A stretch of DNA of 56,244 nucleotides, the filler included, from an uncultured virus (IMG/VR IMGVR_UViG_2061766007_002158) (lineage: Duplodnaviria > Heunggongvirae > Uroviricota > Caudoviricetes). It is 6 parts of one record of this genome, joined end to end, with 100 filler letters (N's around TTAATTAATTAA, not from the genome) between each part and the next. Parts side by side here need not be neighbours in the genome. Positions count along the whole stretch, not along the records: positions 36,728 to 54,386 come from IMGVR_UViG_2061766007_002158; 5 more parts are not named here. One strand, given 5' to 3'. Shown here piece after piece: positions 42,901 through 53,552 of the stretch (position 1 is its first letter; each line of letters opens with the position of its first letter). Made by a program: the position numbers and the translations under genes. The notes under the pieces were generated by a model. That model was not told the DNA's origin. It did no database searches and was given only the letters and a program-made list of their open reading frames with translations.

Positions 42901-43031
42901 GGGGCGCAATGGTTTCGACAGGGATGGCAAGTCATTGTAAGCGGGTAGTGATCTCAGTCTCACTTTAATCACTGAAAACCATAAAATTAACTGACAACAA
43001 TACAGTTGCTCTCGCTGCGTAATTAACGCGG
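42901..43031 (+). ncRNA. ssrA: tmRNA, 5' part (tag peptide (A)DNNTVALAA)
   Basis: GGGGCGCAATGGTTTCGACAGGG 5' end; tag ORF 42993-43022 ending ALAA-TAA; upstream TGTTATAAT promoter. Confidence 0.9.
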
Positions 43032-43054
43032 NNNNNNNNNNAGGGAGAAAGCAC

Positions 43055-44404
43055 ATGAAAAGCAACTCAGATAGGAACAAATCGAGACGAATGACACCGT
43101 GGGAGGGACGGGAACATTTGACGCCAACACAGGAGTTTATAGCAAATACGCATAAGGAGCATTATATGCAAAGACACCCAGCACTCTCTGAAACAGGAGA
43201 AGTTGAAATGATCAATTCCTATATTCCAAAGAGATGTCCCTATTGCGGAGGAGAGCTATTCAGGAGAAATGGACATAGCAAAATCGGTGTACAAAGATAC
43301 CTCTGTTTGAATACAGAATGCAAGCAAACTTTTCTGCCAACAACAGGGACTATATTTGATCAACATAAAATCTCAATCAGTGAATGGATCGAATACTGCG
43401 TAAATATTTTCAGAAACGTCAGTGTGGTTACTGATTCATGGAACAATAAAAACGCATTCACAACATCCAGATATTGGCTGGAAAAGCTGTTTCTGTTACT
43501 TGAAGATTATCAGGAAAACATCGTAGTTTCGGGAAAAGTCTGGTTCGATGAAACGTATTACGGGATTATGATGAGAGATGTAATTCTCAACGAAGATGGG
43601 ACAAAAAAGCGAGGACTCTCAAAGAATAAAATATGCATAGGAGTGGCAACTGATAAGAAGCATACTGTAATTATCGCAGAGGGATTTGGCAAGCCTTCTC
43701 AAAAAATGAGCTATAATTCATTTGTAAATCATATTGCACCCCATTCGACGCTCGTTCACGATAAGGAATCAACCCATAAGAAATTGATCAAAGAATTATC
43801 CCTCGTAAGCGAATCATATTCGTCCAATGAATTAAAAGAANNNNNNNNNNGTAAAAAATCTCTCCGCACCCTGCTTTCAGATGTTGGCGACGCACAGCTC
43901 ATACTGGGCGCGGGTAATATAACCCTTCTCCAGAAGAGCCAGAAACAGTGCCTTTTTGATTTCGTTTTCAAATTCCGTATTCCTGTTTTCATGGACGGAT
44001 TCATTTTGCACGGCTGCCGGCTTTGGACTTTCAAAGATGATTTGCGTTTTCATCCCGATCGCCTCATCATAAGGCTATGCCGCGCTCACTTCCGTTATGA
44101 ATGGATCGTCATTCCCCCTTGGTCACACTGGATTTTGGGGCTGTCAGAAAAAAATTGCATGAAGCAAAAACCTCCCGCTGCTGTATTNNNNNNNNNNCTG
44201 CATTATCTAATCAAGCGGTTTCTATATGAACACAGTGGTTTTAATAGAGCCGAAATTCAAGGCTACTTAAATCTCTATTCTTTTGTACTGAATCCACCAT
44301 ATGACAAACTTGAAAAAGTCGAAAAACTTCTCGATTTGGCTTTTCAAAATCCAAAATTACTCCGTTTTCGTGACAGATATACCGAAAATAGGGGATTTCA
44401 CTGA
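43055..44404 (+). CDS. IS1595-family (ISXO2-like) DDE transposase; real pieces 43055-43840 and 44198-44404
   Basis: CPYCG...C...C zinc ribbon, TGTIF, VWFDETY, LVHD motifs. Confidence 0.85.
   Translation: MKSNSDRNKSRRMTPWEGREHLTPTQEFIANTHKEHYMQRHPALSETGEVEMINSYIPKRCPYCGGELFRRNGHSKIGVQRYLCLNTECKQTFLPTTGTIFDQHKISISEWIEYCVNIFRNVSVVTDSWNNKNAFTTSRYWLEKLFLLLEDYQENIVVSGKVWFDETYYGIMMRDVILNEDGTKKRGLSKNKICIGVATDKKHTVIIAEGFGKPSQKMSYNSFVNHIAPHSTLVHDKESTHKKLIKELSLVSESYSSNELKEXXXXKKSLRTLLSDVGDAQLILGAGNITLLQKSQKQCLFDFVFKFRIPVFMDGFILHGCRLWTFKDDLRFHPDRLIIRLCRAHFRYEWIVIPPWSHWILGLSEKNCMKQKPPAAVXXXXLHYLIKRFLYEHSGFNRAEIQGYLNLYSFVLNPPYDKLEKVEKLLDLAFQNPKLLRFRDRYTENRGFH
43877..44053 (-). CDS. Small SHOCT-like protein (58 aa) on an unrelated contig
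   Basis: MKTQIIFES...LALLEKGYITRAQYE; GAGG RBS. Confidence 0.5.
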   Translation of the reverse strand: MKTQIIFESPKPAAVQNESVHENRNTEFENEIKKALFLALLEKGYITRAQYELCVANI

Positions 44405-44588
44405 TTCTTTGCCAACACTGTGCAACCAGGGATTTTTTATACAAAATAATTTAATAATAAGAACATTATTAGATAAAATAATAGTATAAACACATACACC
44501 TCACTAAGTTTAGCTTACCATGATACGGTCAAAAAGTCAATACTAACCGCCAAATAAATCCTACATTATTAATGCGTTATATATTTAG

Positions 44589-44617
44589 TTGACTTCCGGG
44601 ACTGTCAATGCTATAAT
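44589..44617 (+). promoter_or_regulatory. Sigma-A promoter of a host membrane-protein gene
   Basis: TTGACT-N17-TATAAT. Confidence 0.7.
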
Positions 44618-44655
44618 CAACAGGTAAAATGAAATGATAAAGCGAGGTTATCTTC

Positions 44656-44792
44656 ATGAAAAAAATCTATCCGTTTGTGCTTTTTGCCGTATTCTGCGTG
44701 ATTTTCTGGAATCTTCTGGATTTCGTTTACACGGTATGGATCACCGGAGGCGCGTACCGTTTTTCGGTATTCAACGACGTATGTCTCCCCGC
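44656..44792 (+). CDS. Small membrane protein, 3' truncated
   Basis: MKKIYPFVLFAVFCVIFWNLLDFVYTVW; GAGG RBS. Confidence 0.6.
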
Positions 44793-44932
44793 NNNNNNNN
44801 NNGGATACCGGACGTGTCCCGCTGTATACATTGGCAAGCTGCTGGGCGGTGAGCTGTCCGTCCATGCAGTGCGGCGTGATGCGGTCGATCGCGTGCGTTC
44901 TCTGTCCGGAATGCTTTTCTGTNNNNNNNNNN

Positions 44933-45226
44933 CCTGCTGGAAAGCTTGCGTTTCCACTCTGTATTCATGCGTTCTGTCTCCTTTCGAGGTCGTCGATCCT
45001 GTGATTGGCGACCTTGATTTTTTCCTCATGCAGAGCCACCGTCTCTTCGANNNNNNNNNNNNNNNNNNNNNNNNNNNNNNNNNNNNNNNNNNTTGTGCCT
45101 GTCCTGCTTCTTTTCGAGCTGCTCGATGCGGTAGGCTGTCAGCTTGCTGTTGACAAAGATGCCGCCGAAGGTGCCGAGGGCGCTTCCGAGCAGTGTGATA
45201 AGCGAAATAATGATTTCCGTGCCCAT
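44933..45226 (-). CDS. Alternative lysis genes: single-TM coiled-coil holin-like protein (44965-45226, gapped) and start of a second holin (MNTEWKRKLSSR, 44933-44968)
   Basis: MGTEIIISLITLLG...LTAYRIEQLEKK...KVANHRIDDLE* directly after the endolysin stop; ATGA overlap to the next gene. Confidence 0.65.
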
Positions 45227-45228
45227 TT

Positions 45229-46695
45229 CTACTTCACCGCCCTTTTCAATTCCGCGCGGGTCTTCGGCCCCGCAATGCCGTCCTGCGTCAGCTTCTGCCG
45301 CTTCTGGAAGCGCAGCACCGCCGCCTTGGTGAGCGGGCCGAAGCTGCCGTCTACGGCGAGCTTCTCGCCGAGCTGATTCAGGTGCCATTGCAGCCACCTG
45401 ACGGAATTTCCCTTTGCNNNNNNNNNNATCTTCCGTCCATTTTCAGTCCGGCATTCGCCGCCTGATTGAGATGCCATTGTACCCAGCAAACGCCGTTACC
45501 TTTATCCCCGTATCTCAGCGCCGTTTTTGGTTCGGCATACGGGCATTTCTTCGTGACAGGCGCCGGGGCGGGAGAAGTGCCGGACNNNNNNNNNNACCGA
45601 ACCGGAGCGCTTTTGTCGGCTCGGCGTAGGGACATTTCGCCGTAGGCTTGGGAGCGGGCGCGGTGCCGCTGCCGGACAGCTCCGCCGTCACCTTCGCCGC
45701 AAGCTCTCCGAGTCTGGAATACAGCCAGTCTCCCGGGCAGGACTTGTTGGCAAACCAGCGGTGAACCGTCAGCACCATCTCATCCGACTTGGGGGAATAA
45801 TTGAGCGTCTTTGTCTTGTCGCCCAGCCAGAGCAGCTTCTTCTTGCCGTTGCGCTTGCAGATGTCAATGCAGAGCTTGACAAGCGTCTCGTAAACAATCG
45901 GTTTGAAGGTGTAGGGTTTTTCATCATCAGACGCACATTCAATGGTGATCGCCCTCTGGTCGTTCGCGGCGCTGGAGGAACACCACGAGCGGTTTTTCTC
46001 CTCCACGTAAAGTCCGACAGTCCCGTCGACCGCGATGCCGTAGTTGGATGACACTTTGCGCGTGCCGCTGTATACATTGGCAAGCTGCTGAGCAGTTAAC
46101 TGTCCGTCCATGCAGTGGGGCGTGATGCGGTCGATCGCGTGCGTTCTCTGTCCGGAATGCTTTTCTGTNNNNNNNNNNAGAATAATTGAGCGTCTTTGTC
46201 TTGTCGCCCAGCCAGAGCAGCTTTTTCTTGCCGTTGCGCTTGCAGATGTCAATGCAGAGCTTCACCAGCGTCTCGTAAACAATCGGTTTGAAGGTGTAGG
46301 GCTTTTCATCATCAGACGCGCATTCAATGGTGATGGCCCTCTGGTCGTTCGCTGCGCTGGAGGAACACCACGAGCGATTTTTTTCTTCCACGTAAAGTCC
46401 GACAGTCCCATCGACCGCGATGCCGTAGTTGGAGGATACCTGACGTGTCCCGCTGTATACATTGGCAAGCTGCTGAGCAGTTAACTGTCCGTCCATGCAN
46501 NNNNNNNNNGCCGAACCGGAGTGCCTGCAATGGCTCGGAATAGGGACATTTCGCCGTAGGCTTGGGAGCGGGCGCAGTGCCGCTGCCGGACAGCTCCGCC
46601 GTCACCTTCGCCGCAAGATCGTCCAGCCGAGAATACAGCCAGTCGCCCGGGCAGGACTTGTTGGCAAACCAGCGGTGAACCGTCAGCACCATCTC
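45229..46695 (-). CDS. Endolysin fragments: amidase domain, Pro-rich linker and PG-binding repeats, several alleles (also 44803-44922, 54707-54880)
   Basis: IDRITPHC...AITIECASD...LTVHRWFANKSCPG; LRYGDKGNGVCWVQWHLN; VDGSFGPLT. Confidence 0.85.
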
Positions 46696-46705
46696 NNNNN
46701 NNNNN

Positions 46706-47227
46706 CCATCAAGGTAAACGGAACGGCACAGACAATTACCAATAAAGGAGTTGACATTGCGGTACCTACCCAAGTGTCCGACCTTACCAACGACTCCAAC
46801 TTCCAGACACAGACACAGGTTGCAGCGGCGATTGCAGCGGCCGTGGATNNNNNNNNNNGCAGTGTCCGATCTGAACAACGACTCCGGATTCCAGACGCAG
46901 ACGCAGGTCGCGGCGGCAATCGCGGCGGCTGTGGATGCCATTACCGGCATTGATTTCGCCATCGTTCAGGCGCTCCCCGCTACCGGTGTAAAGGGAACCA
47001 TTTATCTCGTCGCCGCCGAGACCGGTATGCAGGGCGATGTATACAACGAGTATATCTGGCTCGACCCCGTAAACGAGACTCCCGGTCGATTTGAGAAAAT
47101 CGGCACCACCGAGGCGAAGCTCGGTAATTATTGGAGCAAAGCAGAACTGACATTTACGGAGATCACAGCAACGGATGTCACTACCATTTTTAATGCTGTG
47201 TTTCATCCCGAACAGGCAGGTGAATAA
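46706..47227 (+). CDS. Fibre/collar-like protein fragments (allele of 52194-52934)
   Basis: IKVNGTAQT...VPTQVSDLTNDS; LPATGVKGTIYLV...YNEYIW...FEKIG. Confidence 0.7.
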
Positions 47228-47232
47228 TTTAC

Positions 47233-47778
47233 ATGAGCAGTATTAACGTAGATTATATCGGCGAAGCAGGGCTTAATACTGCTATGACCCTGCTCAAAGC
47301 CGAGATTGACGCCAAAGCAGATCCGCCGGGGATTGGCAAGGTTGCCAGCCCCTCAGCGGACGGCTACATGCCCCACTCCGATAAGGCAAAATTGGATGCA
47401 ATGACATCTGTGCTTAACTCGGAAATCCTTTTTGATAGCGAGAGTGGTACAACAGTCACAAATGCTTCCCCTTCAATCCAGTTCGGCTCAGGAAAGAGTC
47501 TTTCCGCTTATACAGATGGGTATATCGAGATATTTTTTAAGCAGAACGGGGGTACGAATGGCGGCGTCAACTCCGCCAAAGCGCTGATTCATTCTGTCTC
47601 CGGTGCAGTGACAGTTGAGCCTGTTCAGCTCATCGCATGGACATATGACGCCACAAGCACTTCACTGTCGTTCACTTCATGCACCGCTACTTTGAGTAAC
47701 GGTAGCACCATTACGCTTTCTAATCCTGAAAACAGTGCGTTTAGTTTCACAATCTATCGCATTGTGGGCTACAAGTAG
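47233..47778 (+). CDS. Fibre-associated protein (alleles at 50381-50700, 51480-51803, 52109-52188)
   Basis: GYMPHSDKAKLD fibre motif; C-terminal IYRIVGYK. Confidence 0.7.
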   Translation: MSSINVDYIGEAGLNTAMTLLKAEIDAKADPPGIGKVASPSADGYMPHSDKAKLDAMTSVLNSEILFDSESGTTVTNASPSIQFGSGKSLSAYTDGYIEIFFKQNGGTNGGVNSAKALIHSVSGAVTVEPVQLIAWTYDATSTSLSFTSCTATLSNGSTITLSNPENSAFSFTIYRIVGYK

Positions 47779-47792
47779 GGTGGTAGATACGT

Positions 47793-48515
47793 ATGGCAAT
47801 AATATTTAATGGGGCAAATATTTTAGGTGCAAATTTTAACAACACTACCACTGGTGCGGTGCAATTTAATGGTACTAAGGTTTTCCCAGAATACGGGATA
47901 ACGCTTGACATCGGCACGGTACACAGTTCATCATCGCCGAATGGGTTTATCATTGTCGGCAGCACTAATCATGGTGTTGTGCCATATCAGAGTACGTCTA
48001 CTAGCTATGGCAGCAGAGGGTTTGAAATAAATCAGGTAACGACATCAGTAGGTTATGCGTCATCATCATATTACACGCTGTCACGCGTTTTTGACGGAGA
48101 ATTGGATGAGTATGGTTTTAGATCAAACAAAACCACAGAGACAAGTTTTACTCTAGATTTCAAATTCCCCTTTAATGTCATCCTGCGGTCTGTTACATAT
48201 TGCCAAACCCAAAGAGATGCACAATCCGCGTTAAAATATGCCAATGCACTGAGTATATACAGTGTCAACAATGGAACTATAGCTGGCACTATTGTAAATG
48301 GAGAAAGTGTAAATGCAGCAGTGGGGGCGTCTACTTCAATAGACACCTCCCATTACACGACGCCCGTAAATACATTGCGCTTCAATCCGGTATATTCCAA
48401 TGAAAACAAGGTAATGACAATCGGCGAAATCAAAATGACTGTAAAGGTTAAGGACTCCGATTACATGGCATGGAAAGAAGAGTACGAATTAACCAATAAC
48501 GCATATATTCCGTAA
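47793..48515 (+). CDS. Variable lectin/discoidin-like tail-region protein, distant allele
   Basis: xFNG repeats at the N-terminus; RVFDG...LDFKFPFNV beta-sandwich pattern; same slot as 49693-50368. Confidence 0.6.
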   Translation: MAIIFNGANILGANFNNTTTGAVQFNGTKVFPEYGITLDIGTVHSSSSPNGFIIVGSTNHGVVPYQSTSTSYGSRGFEINQVTTSVGYASSSYYTLSRVFDGELDEYGFRSNKTTETSFTLDFKFPFNVILRSVTYCQTQRDAQSALKYANALSIYSVNNGTIAGTIVNGESVNAAVGASTSIDTSHYTTPVNTLRFNPVYSNENKVMTIGEIKMTVKVKDSDYMAWKEEYELTNNAYIP

Positions 48516-48530
48516 AAGGAGTGAAACCAA

Positions 48531-48706
48531 ATGGCAATTAAAATATATAGTCTCAAAAGAGACGGCAGCACAAAACTCTTGGAACATTTCACGGTGAGGG
48601 AGTTTGCCTGCTCCGACGGCTCGGACGAAATTAAAATTGATCTGAATCTGGTAAAATATCTTGAAAAAATCCGCGCACACTTCGGCAAACCCGTCCGCAT
48701 TACATC
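48531..48706 (+). CDS. Endolysin N-terminus (peptidase M15), allele
   Basis: EHFTVREFACSDGSDEIKID...LEKIRAHFGKPVRIT. Confidence 0.8.
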
Positions 48707-48716
48707 NNNNNNNNNN

Positions 48717-49132
48717 CGATACCATCAGTGTTTCCGGTAGAAACAGCAATAAGATTTTAGATACTCCTATACGAGGCGATACGGTAAGGCTTAAAGTTAC
48801 AAGCTCAAAAAGAGATACGTATAAGACCGGGGATTGGTTTGAATTCAATTCCTTTTCAATTAACTTTTACGCCAAAACAAACGATATCGTCAACTGGCAG
48901 AATCAGTACGGATTGACGTTTGAAAGATACGAGGTGACAGCATGAGCAACGTCAAAGCATTCAGCATGAAAAAAGANNNNNNNNNNCGGGTACAAAAAGC
49001 AACACTAGCACCGGCGTGGGTGGTTACATGGCTATTCGCTTTCTTGTAGTGCATTTCTTTGCGCGCAGAAGCGATATAGTAAATTGGCAGAACCAGTATG
49101 GTCTGACATTCAAACAGAGGGAGGTTTCTTAA
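48717..49132 (+). CDS. C-termini of two more alleles of the variable gene (48717-48945, 48987-49132), with an endolysin start at 48942
   Basis: FYAKTNDIVNWQNQYGLTF and FFARRSDIVNWQNQYGLTFKQ. Confidence 0.6.
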
Positions 49133-49682
49133 TGAGCAACATAAAAAAATTCAGCATGAAAAAAGACGCGGAAACACATGTCTCGGAGCACTTCCGCGTC
49201 AGGGAGTTCGCAAGCCACGACGGCGCCGACGAGGTGCTGATCGACATGGAGATTATTGCCCTGCTCGAAAAAATCAGGGCGCACTTCGGCGGCAAGCCGG
49301 TGCATATCAATTCCGGCTACCGCACGCCGGAACACAATGCGAAGGTGGGCGGCGTATCGCACAGCTACCACATGAAGGGCAGGGCGGCGGATATCGTTGT
49401 GCAGGGTGTGAGAAGCCTCGAAGTCGCGCAGTACGCCGAGTCGCTCGGCATCCACGGCATCGGCTGGTACGAAAAGAAGAGCTTCACCCACATCGACAAC
49501 CGCGACAGGGTGGTCAGATGGAAGGATTCGGGCAGCAACGTGGTCAAGACCTTCGGCAGTCCGGCTCCTGTTTCCTCCTCCGCGTCGGGGGCGAAATACA
49601 CCAACAGTCCGCTTGTGAAATACACCCGGCTGACAGAAAAGCATTCCGGACAGAGAACGCACGCGATCGACCGCATCACGCC
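49132..49682 (+). CDS. Endolysin N-terminal half: peptidase M15A domain fused to the amidase start
   Basis: INSGYR..HN..VGG...SYH..GRAADI...FTHID then YTNSPLV...RTHAIDRIT in one frame on one contig. Confidence 0.9.
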
Positions 49683-49692
49683 NNNNNNNNNN

Positions 49693-50368
49693 ATTGCTTG
49701 AATGTGAGTCCATATTGGTTCTGCCAGTTTACAATATCGCTTCTTCGCGCATAAAAGTATACGACAATTGATCGTATCTCCATATACTGTGTATTGCTGC
49801 TATTCAATACCGACGTATTAGTAATATCGACTCTGATAGTGTTTCCCCGGCGATTGCCGGAAGTAAAATACAAACCGCTTCCGGAATTCCATGTGTATGA
49901 TGAATATACACTGTCAATCGTGGAATAATTTCCTAACTTGACCGACGCTTTAGCCGGAACCCATTTCCCTGTCGAACCGTTGGATATCGTGAGTGCTCTG
50001 AATTCGACCTCAAACGGGAATCTTAACAATGCCCACGAACCGGATTGATCGCCCCGGTATGTTCCAGCCCTGCTGAATACTCTGTGAAATTCGTGTCCCG
50101 ATGTTACTGCGTCTGAAAAACCAGACACAACGCTTGAACCTCTTGCAGCAAATCCGTTCCACCTATAGACACCGTTTACGCCTGTTGTAGACGCGGGATA
50201 GCCAATTTCTGTCCCTTCCGGTGTATCTTCGGCTTTTTGAGAAAACAGATAAAAATGCGTGTAATCGATATCCTCTATCAGCTCATTCCCGTTGTAGGTC
50301 AGGCTGGAGAGGTCGGTGCCGTTGTAGCTGACCTTGCTGATTGGAGTACCGTTGTATAAAAGACTCAT
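49693..50368 (-). CDS. Variable lectin/discoidin-like tail-region protein, allele
   Basis: YNG repeats, WALLRFPFEVEF, ARRSDIVNWQNQYGLTFKQ. Confidence 0.65.
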
Positions 50369-50710
50369 GCACCCACCGCCTTATAGCCAATAATCCGGTA
50401 GACCGTGAAGCTGAAATCCGCGTTCTCCGGGTTGCTGAAGGTGATAGTGTTGCCGTTGCTCACCGTTCCGGCGCATCCCGTCAGCGCGAGCGCGGTGTTT
50501 GCGGAATCGTATTCCCAGCCGAGAAGCTGCACAGGCTCCACCGTTACCGAGCCGGAGACGGAGTGAATCGCCGTCCTGACGGAATTGACGCCGCCGTTTG
50601 TGCCGCTGTTCTGCCTGTAAAATACCTCCAGATATCCGTCGGTGTACGCCGAAAGGCTCTTTCCGCTGTCGAAGGAAAGCGACGGCGAGATGTTGGTGAC
50701 NNNNNNNNNN

Positions 50711-51469
50711 GTTGCTTGAATGTGAGTCCATATTGATTCTGCCAGTTGACAATGTCGCTTCTGCGGGCAAAGAAATGGATAACGATATAGTTGATTTCAA
50801 GATATCCGTACCCTGTGTTTTGCCCTGAGCTGCTTGCTTGTGTTGAATTTACAGTTAGTTTGAGAGTGTCCCCTCGTATATTGCCTGTAAAATCTAAATT
50901 TTTACTTGTCACGCCTGTGCCGTTTGTATAGGTAAACGATGTGCCGGAACCGGAATCAACGTCAGAGTAGTATCCGATTTTAATAGTTGCTCCTTTTATG
51001 CCATGCCCTGATGAACCGCTACCGATTGAAACAGATTTAAATTCCACCTCAAAAGGGAATTTTAATTGCGCCCATGCACCGCTTTTATTGGTACGCATTG
51101 AGCCACTTGTACGGTCAAAAGCCCTATAAACGTATCTGCCATCGGTGAGTGCCGAAGATAGACCTGTCGGAACTCCTGACCCTTTTGCAGTAAATCCGCA
51201 CCAACTATATACGCCATTTTTTCCAGATGTAGTAGCTGTATCAAATCCAAGCTGCACACCTTCCACCGTATCAGACGCTTTCTGCGCGAACAGATAAAAA
51301 TGCGTGTAATCGATATCCTCTATCAGCTCATTCCCGTTNNNNNNNNNNAACTTCAAAAGGAAATTTCAACTGAACATAAGCGCCGGAACCTGTCTTTGAA
51401 GTGCGAAATACCTTGGCAGAGTTGAACGCGGCATATGGTCCTTGTTGATTTGACATCGTTGCCGAACCT
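50711..51469 (-). CDS. Variable lectin/discoidin-like protein, further alleles (50711-51338, 51349-51469)
   Basis: YRAFD...WAQLKFPFEVEF; PYAAFN...YVQLKFPFEV. Confidence 0.65.
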
Positions 51470-52193
51470 NNNNNNNNNNCGTGCCGCCGTTTTGTCTGTA
51501 AAAAACTTCCAGATATCCGTCGGTGTAGGACGAAAGGCTCTTCCCGCTGTCGAACGCAACCGACGGCGAGATGTTGGTGACGGCCGTGCCGGAGGGGCTG
51601 TCAAAGAGAATTTCCGCGCTCAGCACGGCGGACATGCCGTCGAGCTTGGCTTTGTCGGCGGCGGACATGTACCCGGCAGCCGAGGGAGTCGCTGTATTGC
51701 CCGCCCCCGGCGGATCTGCCTTTGCGTCAATTTCGGGTTTAAGCTGGGCCAGAGCAGCATTAAGCCCAGCCTGTCCGATGTAATCTATGTTAATGTTGCT
51801 CATTCAGTTATTCACCTGCCTGCTGATTCTGTTCGGGATGGAACACAGCGTTGAAGATCGTTGTGACATCTGCCGCTGTGATTTCCGTGAACGTCAGTTC
51901 TGCCTTGCTCCAGTAATTGCTGAGCTTAGCCTCGGTAGTGCCGATCTTTTCAAAGCGGGCGGGGTTGTCGTTATCGGCTTCCAACCAGATATGCTCGTTA
52001 TACACGTCTCCCTGCATGCCGTTGCTGTCGGCAGGAACAAGGTAAATAGTTCCCTTTACACCGGTAGCGGGGAGCGCCTGAACGATGGCGAAATCAATNN
52101 NNNNNNNNGTGTCCATTTCGGCTTTAAGCAGGGCTAAAGCAGTATCAAACCCTGCTTCGCCGATGTAATCCACGTTAATACTGCTCATCTCAA

Positions 52194-52934
52194 TTATTCA
52201 CCTGCCTGCTGATTCTGTTCCGGATGGAACACTGCGTTGAAGATCGTGGTAACGTCTGACGCGGTGATCTCCGTGAATGTAAGCTCTGATTTACTCCAAT
52301 AGTTGCTGAGTTTTGCCTCGGTGGTGCCGATCTTCTCAAATCTTCCGGGGTTGTCATTGACTCCATCAAGCCAGATGTACTCGTTATAGACGTCGCCCTG
52401 CATACCATTGTTTTCGGCGGCGACGAGATAAATGGTTCCTTTCACGCCGGACGCGGGAAGTTCCACCACGATGGAAAAATCAATGCCAGTGATGGCGTCC
52501 ACAGCCGCCGCGATAGCAGTCGCAACCTGAGTAGCGTTCTGGAATCCGGAGTCGTTGTTCAGATCGGACACTCTCGTAGGCACGGCGATGTTGATTTCTT
52601 TGTTGGTAACGGTCTGGGCGGTTCCGTTGACCTTGACCGACTCGATAATGTTGGTCTCGGCAGCCGTCCACGCGTCAACAGCAGCCTGTGTGATTGCGTC
52701 GAGTATGGACTTGTTGCTGTGCTCATGGATTTTCGCTTTGTCCTGTGCGGAGAGCAGGTTGTCAAGATTGATAGCTTCGAGCTTTTCTTTGAAGGCGGCG
52801 GTGAAATCCTCAGTGGAAAGCTGCTTGCCGCTGACGGCGTCCACCTTGCCCCCGAGTCTGGCGATGAGTTCTGCGAGAATGTACTGGCCAATTGCTGTCA
52901 TGGTTGCGTTTGATACATAAGGAATCTGTGACAT
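52194..52934 (-). CDS. Fibre/collar-like structural protein (allele C-terminus at 51808-52098)
   Basis: Complete 246-aa ORF: KVD...GKQLSTEDFT, HEHSNKSILD, IESVKVNG, VPTRVSDLNNDSG; AGGAGG RBS. Confidence 0.75.
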   Translation of the reverse strand: MSQIPYVSNATMTAIGQYILAELIARLGGKVDAVSGKQLSTEDFTAAFKEKLEAINLDNLLSAQDKAKIHEHSNKSILDAITQAAVDAWTAAETNIIESVKVNGTAQTVTNKEINIAVPTRVSDLNNDSGFQNATQVATAIAAAVDAITGIDFSIVVELPASGVKGTIYLVAAENNGMQGDVYNEYIWLDGVNDNPGRFEKIGTTEAKLSNYWSKSELTFTEITASDVTTIFNAVFHPEQNQQAGE

Positions 52935-53146
52935 AATAAAGTCCTCCTAAAAAATTAATTATTGTGAAATATGCTGTCGAAGATCGCATTGACTTCTTCA
53001 GCGCTTATCGGTCTGAGTGTTTCGTCCCTGATCTGCCCGGGAAGCTCGTCAGCGAGCATGGCACGCGTGACGGCTCCGTCGGGAATCCCTTCCCAGAAGT
53101 CGGGATTGTCCCCGACGTATTCCTNNNNNNNNNNTGATCTGATCGG

Positions 53147-53224
53147 ATGAAGCAGAACAATCTCACAGGGCAGCGCTTCGGGCGGCTGGTTGCCGTCGAA
53201 TATCAGGGAAGGAAAACCCGATAA
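53147..53224 (+). pseudogene. Remnant of an HNH/AP2-type endonuclease N-terminus
   Basis: MKQNNLTGQRFGRLVAVEY then early stop. Confidence 0.5.
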
Positions 53225-53243
53225 ACCAGAAAGGAAAAAAGAT

Positions 53244-53552
53244 ATGATCTACAGAATTATTAAAACACACAACTATTACACGGACGAAAAATTTCATCCG
53301 AACATGACTGCCGAAAAGCTGATTCAATTCAGCGCAGATAGTTCAGACTGGATTATTTATCAAGGAGATGTGATTGCTGAATTCAGCAGTGAAATGGAGG
53401 CATTTTCCGCTTTTGAAGCAGAAAAGGATAATGTGCTGGCGCTTAATTTCGCTGGCGGAAGAATGAACTGGGATGAGCTGACGCTGGAGATGGAATCCGA
53501 TGACGCTTGCAGAATAATCGCAGAATTTGTAAAGGTGAATGATTCATTATGA
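53244..53552 (+). CDS. Small acidic hypothetical protein (102 aa)
   Basis: AAGGA RBS; Asp/Glu-rich; ATGA-coupled to the next gene. Confidence 0.7.
   Translation: MIYRIIKTHNYYTDEKFHPNMTAEKLIQFSADSSDWIIYQGDVIAEFSSEMEAFSAFEAEKDNVLALNFAGGRMNWDELTLEMESDDACRIIAEFVKVNDSL

Larger units (their letters stand above)
42672..44437 (+). mobile_element. IS1595-family insertion sequence (assembled in pieces, with unrelated contigs interleaved)
   Basis: Inverted ends AAAAATCCCTAGTTGCACAGTGTTGG (42672-42697) and CCAACACTGTGCAACCAGGGATTTTT (44412-44437); transposase between them. Confidence 0.75.

Noticed and set aside
47793..51469. Diversity-generating retroelement
   Set aside because: No reverse transcriptase or template repeat in the window; alleles differ by indels and at all bases, not adenine-specifically
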